DNA of 64,000 nucleotides from Rebecca billardiae RCC1528 (taxonomy: Eukaryota > Protista > Haptophyta): positions 2,480,001-2,544,000 of the forward strand of contig OZ251226.1 in NCBI GenBank assembly GCA_965240325.2, given 5' to 3'. Below the pieces are notes generated by a model. It was not told the origin of the DNA. It did not search any database and worked only from the letters and a program-made list of their open reading frames with translations. The position numbers and the translations under genes are program-made. Positions 55,228-64,000 of this stretch are shown here, one piece after another. Position 1 is the first letter of the stretch; each line of letters starts with the position of its first letter.

Positions 55228-55342
55228 TGCATGCGCGAGAAGCCGAGAAAAAATAAATCATCGCGCGAATTCTGGCGATGACGATATAAATCTGCATGCA
55301 CGAAGATCGCTGCTCGTCATCAGCCCGTTCGCCACTGCCGCG

Positions 55343-56539
55343 ATGCGCTCGTCATGTCGCGGCGATTGGGCGAGCCGGACGCACCACCTTGCCGGCAAAC
55401 GCGTGCTGGTGACGGGCGGCTGTGGCTACGTGGGCGAGCAGATTGCTCTTCGTCTGCTTGCCCTCGACCCTCCAGTGGCGCACCTGCGCATTCACGACAT
55501 ATCCGGCCCAGGCCCTTGGCCGGGCACCTTTGCCCTGGCAGGGAGCGACCGCGTCGAGTACATACGCGGTGACCTTGCAGCCGGCCCGCCGCCGTGTGAG
55601 GGTATCGATGTGGTGCTGCACTTTGCGAGCTACGGCATGTCCGGTCACGAGATGATCGCCAACCCTTCCAAGATCCGAGCGATAAACGTGGGAGGCACGG
55701 TTCAGCTGCTCGAGTCGGCACGTGCGTGTGGCGCGCGAGCCGTCGTCTACCTCTCGAGCCAGAACGTGGTGTTCGGCGGCAAGCCCATCTACGACGCGGA
55801 CGAGTCTCTCGCGTATTTTCCCGTGGATGAGCACATCGATGAGTACAGTCGGTCCAAGGCCCTCGCCGAAATGGCCGTCCTTCGGGCCGACGACAAGGCA
55901 GGCCTGCGCACTGTCGCCATCCGCCCCGCGTCCATCTACGGCGAGGACGAACGCAAGCACCTTCCTCGCATCGCCCGGAACATCGCCGCTGGCATGTGCA
56001 CGGTGGGCTTTGGCGACCGCCGAGCGCAGTCCGAGTGGGTCCACATCGACAACCTCGCGGACGTGGTGCTGAGCGCCGCGGCGTCGCTGCTGGCCGAGCC
56101 GGAGCTGAGCGGCGAGGTGGGCGGCCAGGCGTTCTTCGTCTCGGACGGCACGCCCATCAACATGCTCGACTTCTTTGCGCCCATCGCCAGCGCCCTCGGC
56201 CTGCCCGCATGCCTGGTGCGCGTGCCGGTGGGCCCCGTCCTCATGTTCGCACGCGCGTGCGAGTTTGTGTGCACCCTCATCCTGCCTGTCGTCAGCCTCG
56301 AGCCGCTGCTCACGCGCACGGAGGTGCTCAAGGTGGCGATTCACCACACCTTTTCGAACAAGAAGGCCGCGCGCATCCTTGGCTATGTGCCGCGCTTCGG
56401 CAGCGAGGACGGAATGCGCCGAGTCGCCGCCGCGTTTGCTGCCAGCGACCTCGCGCGGGACCTTCGCGCTGCCCGGGTGCGCGCCATGATCTCCGCCGCC
56501 ATGTGCTGCGCGCTCGTCGTCGCGCTCGTGCTGCCGTAG
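55343..56539 (+). CDS. SDR42E1: 3-beta-hydroxysteroid dehydrogenase-like extended SDR (SDR42E1-like)
   Basis: VLVTGGCGYVG, HFASYGMSG, INVGGT, YLSSQNVVFGG, YSRSK, RPASIYGEDE, WVHIDNL, GQAFFVSDG, PLLTRTEV, C-terminal TM. The upstream part of ORF 54794.. is TIR read-through. Confidence 0.9.
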   Translation: MRSSCRGDWASRTHHLAGKRVLVTGGCGYVGEQIALRLLALDPPVAHLRIHDISGPGPWPGTFALAGSDRVEYIRGDLAAGPPPCEGIDVVLHFASYGMSGHEMIANPSKIRAINVGGTVQLLESARACGARAVVYLSSQNVVFGGKPIYDADESLAYFPVDEHIDEYSRSKALAEMAVLRADDKAGLRTVAIRPASIYGEDERKHLPRIARNIAAGMCTVGFGDRRAQSEWVHIDNLADVVLSAAASLLAEPELSGEVGGQAFFVSDGTPINMLDFFAPIASALGLPACLVRVPVGPVLMFARACEFVCTLILPVVSLEPLLTRTEVLKVAIHHTFSNKKAARILGYVPRFGSEDGMRRVAAAFAASDLARDLRAARVRAMISAAMCCALVVALVLP

Positions 56540-56817
56540 TCGATACGCGCAGAGGCTGACGGCGCCACTGAGCAATCTGGCGATGGGACACCGGTGGTCG
56601 CTCAGCTGGTCAGGCGGTAGCCTCGTCAATACTGGCCTGGTTCCGGGGCGGTCCCAGCGGAGCCGGCCCGGACCGGCATGATATTCATATATGCTGCCAG
56701 CAGAGTCGTCTATTAACTATTAATAAACTACATCAAACACATATATATGTACAGCTACTACGGCGGGCGGATGCGGCGTGATGATGGTGCGGCGGCCGCA
56801 GCACCGTTGCAGCGCAA

Positions 56818-59270
56818 TCACTGGCTTGCCAGCCGCACAGCCGCAAGTAGACATGTCGCCGAGCTGGCGGCGCTTCGGACAGCGTTGGTGACGCCGGCAA
56901 TGGTCGAAACCACCATAAGTCCTCCATACGTGGCAGCGAGCGCGAGGGCGCGCCGAGGCACGCTCGGCGCAGCCGTCGCGGCCAGACCGCTGTCGATGGC
57001 CTCCTTGATGGCGAGGAGCCCGCCCGGGCCCGTCAGCGCGTACAGGTCGAAGCCGCCGGACTCGGTGCGGCGTGCTGTCTTCATGATGTGCGCGAGCACC
57101 GCCGGCTCGGCTGCGTGCAGCGCGCGCGCCGGCGCGGCGAGCACGTGCGTGAGTGCGTGGAGGAGTGTGCCCGAGCGGCGCATCGGCGGCGGCAGCGCGG
57201 CCTTCAGGATCGACGCGTACGACGACGCGACGACACCGTCGACGACGATGTCGCCGTGCAGCGTGATGGGCGCGTACAGCCCCGCGCGCTGCACCTCCGA
57301 AACGGACGTCACAACGGCGGAGACCGCGCCGCTGCCGCCGCCAGAATCGACGACGCTCATTGCCATGCCGACGCGCACGTCGTCAGCGCGCACGTACGCG
57401 CCGTGCGCGAGGCGTGCGAGGTGGTCAGGCGAGAGCTCGAGGGCGTGGCCGCTCGACAGCTCGACGCGCACGAACGCATGCTGCACAGCGGCGCGCCTGT
57501 CCTCGTGCGCGCTCAGGTACACAGTCGAGTACGCCGCACCGCCGTCGACGAGCACGCGCTCGCCCGGCTCGAGCGCGTCCATCCGCTTGGGGCCGGCAGG
57601 CGTCGTCACCGTCGCGTGCGCGGGGAAGCAATCATTATTGCACGTGTAGATTAGCGTGACCGAGTCCTCACACCAGCGGTCGCAATGATTGTCAAGGGTG
57701 CACTGGACACACACGCCTTCCACGCAGCCTCGCAGCAGATCATCATCTGCGTTCTCATGGGCGGCCTTGGTGGAGCAGTCGGCGTTGGCGAGGCACTCGA
57801 CGCAGCTGCCTGCGTCGCATTTGCGCTTCGGGACGACGTAGTGCTCGGTGTAGCAGTTGGCCTCGCAGTCGGCATCGCCGGTGCAGGAGGTTGTCTCCAG
57901 CCGACGGCGTGCTTTGTGGCGCGCTGCATGTCCAGCGTCCACGAATGCGCACGTTGGCTCGAGGCATTCCGCACCGTCCGCGCTCCACGCGGCGCACAGC
58001 GACCGCGGCGAGGGCTCGGTGCAGCCAGGGTCGCCTTCGAAGCAATGGTACACGAAGCACTTGGGTGGCCAGTCCGCGGGCGACGTGCCATTGCCGCGCT
58101 CCGCCAGCCGGCGCTGGCGGTGGTGGTCGTAAGAGTCGGCCGCGTCCAGCCGGCGCAGCCGGCGGCTCGGGCTCTGCGAGAGGACGGTGCCGCTTGAGGT
58201 GATCCAGTACGACGGACCGCCGCCGCCAGACTTCGTCACCTGGTAGTACACGGCGCCATCGATCACCTCGATGGCGACCAGGTAGCCCGACGCCGTCGCC
58301 ATCGACAGCGCAGTGCCCAAGTCCTGGAGCTGGCGGCGGGAGGACGAGCCGCCTTTGCTGATCATCACGGTGCCACTCGTCACGTTGTTGTTGATGGCGT
58401 CGATCACCCCCTGGACCTGTGATAGGTCGACATCGCCCACCTCCACGAGCTGGCGTCCGCCGACCACGCGCAGGCGCCGCCGCGTCTCGTCGTGTTGCGT
58501 CACGCTCACGAAGTTGGCGCCGAACATCACGCCGCGCCCGTTTTTGTCGGTGAGCAGGTTCGAGGCGGAGCGCAGGAATGTCTGATGCAAGGCGCGCGCC
58601 ATCGTCAAGAGCGCGCACAGCGGGCGGGTGGGGTGAGCGCGACTCAGCTGTGGCGCGATTGGCGCGCGTGCTGCAAGGGCGTGCCTCAGGCAGAGCCACG
58701 CTGCAATGGTGATCGCGGTTTGCACGCGCCGATGGCCGCCGCTTGCGTGCCGTGCACACCTCCTTGGTGACGTCGCTCGCGAGGTAGGCAGTGCCAAAGA
58801 TGCACGCGATGAGCGCGACGAATACAGCAGCGAGAACACCAGCAAGGCGCCTGTACCTCTGCCCGCCCTCTCGGTGCTCGAGCATCGCCTGCACCATCGC
58901 CTTCACCTCGGGGGTCGAGTAGCGGTGGTTGCCGTCCTGCGGGGTGGAGCGCAGAGGGAATATGCGTAGATGAGGCGAGTCATGAGTGGCGTATGCGCGA
59001 GACGTGGGGTCGCGCACTTCGGAGGCGCTCTGCGCGAGAGCTGCGCCGCACCAAATCGTAGTCCTTCAGCATCTGCTCCAGCGGGTCGAGTTTTCCGTTA
59101 CCGTCCGCGTCGTACGTGACCACCGATGAGATGGAGGTCAGCCGAGTGCCGCGAGTTTGCTGCCGATCACGCTGCGAGGACGTCGCCGTCCGCTGTGGGC
59201 CAGCTGGCTCGCCCGCAGCGCCGCCGCCGCCGCCAAACATCTGGCCGACAGTGTGAAAGAAGCTCGTCAT
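56818..59270 (-). CDS. Hedgehog-type Hint (Hog) domain protein 1: EF-hand-like, TM, RRL motifs, Cys-rich, Hint, SRR-like, hydrophobic tail (exons 59270-59052, 58936-58760, 58581-56818; ~719 aa)
   Basis: Hint motifs CFPAHATV, LELSPDHL, GLYAPITLHGDIVVDGVVASSYA; EF-hand-like YDADGNGKLD. Two phase-0 GT..AG introns sit at the same positions as in the paralog. Confidence 0.87.
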
Positions 59271-59817
59271 CCTCGGCCTCCCGGCCGGGGGGGGGGGGGA
59301 TACATACGCCTTAACCAAGTGTGCACGTTAAAACATAGTAAACTGTATGGAGATTTGAGATTGCTTCGCTTCGCCCAAATTGAAAATAGTAGTGCTCTGC
59401 CACCAACGCCGACTTCCAGACTTCGTGTCGGCCGCCGACGAATCAGGACACCGCGTCGTCCTACCTGTGTCGTTAAAGCATAGAATGAGTATGACCTCAA
59501 TTAATAATGCTCAAGGGCGCCCATCAAGCTCATAAATACCACGTCGTTAATAGATGCTATGCTGATAATCATCGATGACGTTGTTTTAAATCACACGACA
59601 TATGATACCACATATTATTCGCTGAACTTCCAATAATAAAGTTCAGCAACATCATCAATGGAGATGGTTATTTAAAGAGTGACCATTATGGCGGGCGAAC
59701 CGTCGTAAAATGGTCATCAATAATGGTCACCCCCCTGCTTACAAGTGACCTCACAGTCTCAAGTCAAGAGCCGGGCGGGTCGCCCACACTGCGTCGCAAC
59801 TCGCGAGGACGGGAAGC

Positions 59818-62364
59818 ATGCAGGGCGTCGCCGGGCTTTTCAAGCGCACGGGCAACAATGATGGCGCGTCAGCGCGCGAGCCGGGCGCGACCTCTCGCGC
59901 CAACACAGTGAGGGTCGAGGAGCTCGCGATGTATGACGCGGACAATGACGGCAAGATCGACGCCGTCGAGCGCACGCTCGCGAAGTACGATCTGGTGAGC
60001 GCACGGACGCACAGCCCCTGCAGCTGTCAGCCCATTTGCCCGCATGACCACGTGCGCCATCCCGTCCCGCGCCTGTCCCTCCTGCGTCCTGATGCCCGTG
60101 GCATGCAGAACCACGATGGCAAGTTCTCAGCTGCGGAGGTCAAGACGATCTGCGCCGAGGTGATGGCCGAGAAGAAGGCCAAGCACAAGTACCAGCTCCT
60201 GAGCGCCGTCCTGTGCGTGTCCATAGCTGTGCTTCTGGGCGCGATGTTTGGCGCTGCCGTGCTGGCGGGCGAGCTCTCAAAGGAGGTCCGCCGCACGCGC
60301 GCGAGCACGTGCGCCAGTCCCTGGCGCCCACGAGTCTCGTCATCACGAGTGCAGACAGACAGACAGCCCCACTCGCGCCGATCATCGGCTCATGCGACCC
60401 GTGACACGCGCGCGGGACGGGCGACGCACCAGGTATTCGTCGACGGCGAGACGGGCGTGCAGCTCGGGGCGGATGGCCGGCCCACGCGCACGACGGGTGC
60501 CCGCCCGCACATCGAGCTGCACGACATGCGGCGCAGGCGGCTGGTCGAGCACGACGGCCGCCGTCTGGTCGAGGTGGCCGAAGTGAACTCGAGTGTAATG
60601 AGCTCTGTGCTCAAGCTCATGAATACGTCGGGCCAGACCACGGGCACCGTCGAGGTCGGGACCTCGAATGTGCGCCGCCGCAGCCTCCGCCAGCTCGCAG
60701 AGGTCACCTCAAAGACGCTCTACGCCACCGGCGAGCTCATCAGGTCCTACGTCAAGCGCGTCGACGGCCAGGACGAGACGTGGTACGTCTTCCGGTCGGG
60801 TGTCCCCGGCGACTCGACGCTGTACACGGTCACGGGCGACGGCCAGGTGCTCCAATCGGATCCCAACGTCAATGACCGCCTCCGTCGCCTGTCTGAGAGC
60901 GAGTCCCTCGATGATCACGAGCGGCGTAGGCTGTACGAGGCTGGGGGCGCGTCAAGACCGGAGCCGTGCCTCATCTACCACTGCTTCGAGGGCGATGCGC
61001 GCTGCTCCGACCCGGCGCCGCGCTCGCTGTGCAAGGCGTGGAGCGCAGACGGCGAGATCTGTGACGAGCCGGCGTGCGCGTACGTGGTGTCGTCTGCCGT
61101 GCAGGCTGGGGGGCGGCGGCGCCTGTCCACCGCGGACCCGGTCACCGCGTGCACCAGCTCTGCCGACTGCCAGTCGGGCAACGCGAACAAGCTGCAGTGC
61201 TTGAACTTGATTATTGGCGGCAACGGCACAGGCATCTGCATCGAGTGTGTGAGCAATGCCCACTGCGAAGCACTCCCGCACGGCTGCTATCTCGAGCAGG
61301 GGGATATCCCTGAGCGGCTGTGCGACCTCTCCAACGGCGAGTGCGTGCAATGCCTGCAAGACAGCGACTGCGACGCTGTCACCGGCGCCGGGAATCTGGA
61401 CTTCTTTTGCGACAACAGCACGAGGCGGTGCGTCCAGTGTGTAACTGCCGACGACTGCGGCGGAGGCATGGTATGCTCGATCTATGGTTTCTGCCTCGTT
61501 GCCAACTGCTTCCCCGCGCACGCGACGGTGACGACGCCTGCCGGCCCCAAGCGGATGGACGCGCTCGAGCCGGGCGAGCGCGTGCTCGTCGACGGCGGTG
61601 CGGCGTACTCGACCGTGTACCTGAGCGCGCACGAGGACAGGCGCGCCGATGTGCAGCATGCGTTCGTGCGCGTCGAGCTGTCGAGCGGCCACGCCCTCGA
61701 GCTCTCGCCCGACCACCTCGCACGCCTCGCGCACGGCGCGTACGTGCGCGCTGACGACGTGCGCGTCGGCATGGCAATGAGCGTCGTCGATTCTGGCGGC
61801 GGCAGCGGCGCGGTCTCCGCCGTTGTGACGTCCGTTTCGGAGGTGCAGCGCGCGGGGCTGTACGCGCCCATCACGCTGCACGGCGACATCGTCGTCGACG
61901 GTGTCGTCGCGTCGTCGTACGCGTCGATCCTGAAGGCCGCGCTGCCGCCGCCGATGCGCCGCTCGGGCACACTCCTCCACACAATCACGCACGTGCTCGC
62001 AGCGCCGATGCGCGCGCTGCACGCAGCCGAGCCGGCGGTGCTCGCGCACATCATGAAGACAGCACGCCGAACCGAGTCCGGCGGCTTCGACCTGTACGCG
62101 CTGACGGGCCCGGGCGGGCTCCTCGCCATCAAGGAGGCCATGGACCAAGGTCTGGCCGTGACGGCTGCGCCGAGCGTGCCTCGGCGCGCGCTCGCGCTCG
62201 CTGCCACGTATGGATGGCTGATGGTGGTTGCCACCATCGCCGGTGCGGCGAATACGCTCGGCGTCGTCACCCGCTTCGTGACGACAGCATCTGGCGCCAT
62301 GACAGCCGCAGCTGCCGCGCTACACCTTGGAGGAGCGTTGGCGTCGTGTGTGCCGAACGTTTGA
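59818..62364 (+). CDS. Hedgehog-type Hint (Hog) domain protein 2, paralog of protein 1 (exons 59818-59994, 60109-60285, 60433-62364; ~761 aa)
   Basis: Same architecture: YDADNDGKID, YDL|NHDGKFS, TM, RRL motifs, CxxC-rich repeats, Hint from Cys codon 61507. Both introns are in-frame and stop-free, so the ORF track shows 848 aa. Confidence 0.87.
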   Translation: MQGVAGLFKRTGNNDGASAREPGATSRANTVRVEELAMYDADNDGKIDAVERTLAKYDLVSARTHSPCSCQPICPHDHVRHPVPRLSLLRPDARGMQNHDGKFSAAEVKTICAEVMAEKKAKHKYQLLSAVLCVSIAVLLGAMFGAAVLAGELSKEVRRTRASTCASPWRPRVSSSRVQTDRQPHSRRSSAHATRDTRAGRATHQVFVDGETGVQLGADGRPTRTTGARPHIELHDMRRRRLVEHDGRRLVEVAEVNSSVMSSVLKLMNTSGQTTGTVEVGTSNVRRRSLRQLAEVTSKTLYATGELIRSYVKRVDGQDETWYVFRSGVPGDSTLYTVTGDGQVLQSDPNVNDRLRRLSESESLDDHERRRLYEAGGASRPEPCLIYHCFEGDARCSDPAPRSLCKAWSADGEICDEPACAYVVSSAVQAGGRRRLSTADPVTACTSSADCQSGNANKLQCLNLIIGGNGTGICIECVSNAHCEALPHGCYLEQGDIPERLCDLSNGECVQCLQDSDCDAVTGAGNLDFFCDNSTRRCVQCVTADDCGGGMVCSIYGFCLVANCFPAHATVTTPAGPKRMDALEPGERVLVDGGAAYSTVYLSAHEDRRADVQHAFVRVELSSGHALELSPDHLARLAHGAYVRADDVRVGMAMSVVDSGGGSGAVSAVVTSVSEVQRAGLYAPITLHGDIVVDGVVASSYASILKAALPPPMRRSGTLLHTITHVLAAPMRALHAAEPAVLAHIMKTARRTESGGFDLYALTGPGGLLAIKEAMDQGLAVTAAPSVPRRALALAATYGWLMVVATIAGAANTLGVVTRFVTTASGAMTAAAAALHLGGALASCVPNV

Positions 62365-63658
62365 CCCTGCCAACCACGACCGTGGTGAATTTTACTATTA
62401 CGCTGCATCAACTATCGTCAAGTGCATGACGAACACGGACAGCATGATCACGAGACTCTGGCGCGGATCGGTGGCGTCAGCTAGCAGCGCCAGTCATTCG
62501 ACCGCAGCAGATAACGGTTATGGCTCGCGGGCTGCGATAGTTATCTGATGAATAATTAAATGTATTAACTTAATAACTTTCTAGTAAAATAGTAAGCCGG
62601 ACGCAATCGGTATAAGCTCCGAACTCCGAAGTCCGACGTTATAAGCTATATACTCAATCAAGTGCAACTGGGACTTATCACTAGTCACTACTGCGCAATA
62701 CGGATCTGCATATATCACTTATCAGATCACTGCTTCGCCTTATGCTAGACTGAAACTGAGAGTGAGTGACCGAGCCGACTGATTGGCTGGTTCACATCGC
62801 TATACGCACACTGTCCCACTATGACTATTAACGTCCTCGCCGGCGGCCTGGCGGCCGGCCCGGTCACGGCCCCGCGGCCGCAGCCGCTCGGGCGCCGCCG
62901 GCCGGGTGCGGCGCGCGCCTAGCCTGGACTCCATCAAGTCACGTACGACAGCACGGCCGGCGCTTCTGACCACTGGCACAGTGCGCAGGCCTGCTGCATC
63001 ATGCACCAATGCCACTGATTTGCGCTCCAAAAGTGCCCCAACTTTGCTTCGGCTCGCCTGCCTGGCCTGAAAGACTCAGCGGGGGGCTCTGCCACCCTGC
63101 GCCCCCCGCGTCTGCGCGGCGGGCGGCGGACCTAAGAAACTGAGAGTGAGACTAGTGGTCTAGCTACGTAGGCGCTCTGGCTACCGAACGTCTAAGAAAC
63201 CGATCGGAGACTACTGTCACTACCAGCAGTGAGATCGATCTGACTTCTTATTGCCAGCGATAGTGCGCCTGTATGTATGCATAATCAGTGCTGGCTAGTG
63301 CTGCCATCAGTGCCCATGATGGCCATTGCCCTGGCATTTTGGCATTCTGCTGTCTGCTGCAAGGCGCAACACTGCCACTGGTGTGGTCCCCTCACCCCTG
63401 GCATAGGTGCCAGTAGTGCGCCCGGCGTTGCCGTTGGCAATGCGGTTGACAGAGTTGGCCCTGAATCTCCTACCCTACCCCGATTCCGTCTCGTCATATG
63501 GCGTGTGTGTGCCCTCAGAGCGGCGAATTATCCATGTCTGACCCTTAACTGGATTCCAGCACTTCTGTGCGCTGACGGCTGGCGAGACCCAAAACCGCCT
63601 CCGAGCGAGTGATAGCAATGTCAAGGGCGTTCCCGGGATCCTGCCACACGCTCCCGAA

Positions 63659-63689
63659 AGCAATGCCCCCCCCTGGGGGGGGCATTGCT
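63659..63689. repeat. Perfect 31-bp palindrome AGCAATG-C8-T-G8-CATTGCT
   Basis: Directly visible. Confidence 0.9.
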
Positions 63690-63700
63690 ACCGGACTGGC

Positions 63701-63781
63701 GCGGGCCGTAATCAAATGTACCCGCTTGAAATAGAGGAAGCCACTTTCAATAGGAACGCGGTTCGATTTGGCGTATGACCA
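63701..63781. repeat. Dispersed repeat D; inverted copy at 31036-31113
   Basis: gcgggc(c)gta.tcaaatgtacccgcttg.aatag...aatagga..cggttcgatttggc.tat..gacca is shared with the reverse complement of 31036-31113. Confidence 0.7.
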
Positions 63782-64000
63782 GTGCGGGGAACGCCCCTGG
63801 CTCGCGGCTGTATCGGTGTCTATGTTTAATCCCTAACCCGATATTCCACTGCATATATGTGCGCTGGCGGCTGGCGTTGACCCTAAACCTCCCCCTAGTG
63901 ATCGCGTGTGCGCTGCCGATTCGGTAACGGCTACCCCGTCGACTTTTCATAGTATAAATTGCGTAAAAATGGCGCGGCGGTGATCAAAATAAGTGATGCG

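Noticed and set aside
54794-55342. N-terminal 183 aa of the 581-aa ORF
   Set aside because: Mostly TIR sequence duplicated in inverse at 54109-54479; SDR homology starts after ATG 55343.
57220-61925. True protein-splicing intein
   Set aside because: Ends in ASSYA plus an SRR-like helix rather than HN-[CST], and has no endonuclease; it is Hedgehog-type.
63828-63892. Telomeric repeats (ccctaaccc, ccctaaacc)
   Set aside because: Only two isolated units, no array.

Overview
This is very GC-rich eukaryotic DNA with short GT..AG introns and an axonemal dynein. It most plausibly comes from a flagellated alga or protist such as a haptophyte; that assignment is inference. Left part (1-14.4 kb): the 5' 11.6 kb of an apparently intronless outer-arm dynein alpha-type heavy chain (kelch + IPT/TIG + filamin-like N-terminus, runs off the window), then an AP2 + Tudor protein with six acidic-Trp repeats. 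Middle (15-45 kb): an accessory, repeat-littered island with a Pro-rich surface protein, five sulfotransferase-fold genes and a CAP59/GT69-like glycosyltransferase. These are interleaved with several families of non-autonomous elements: a three-unit tandem insert with inverted ends that interrupts one sulfotransferase, nested TIR pairs spanning 4.1 kb and 16.6 kb, a 289-bp-arm palindrome and microsatellites. Right part (46-64 kb): a Ski2/Mtr4-like helicase with a long N-terminal extension, a secreted TylF-type O-methyltransferase, a long-TIR MITE, an SDR42E1-like 3-beta-HSD, and two divergent paralogous genes encoding EF-hand/TM/RRL-motif/Cys-rich/Hedgehog-type Hint proteins whose DNA becomes near-identical exactly at the catalytic Cys codon. 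Best candidates for new biology: the Hint-protein pair, the TIR-bounded sulfotransferase island, and the tandem element with covarying hairpins. All calls come from motif reading by eye; no database searches were run.
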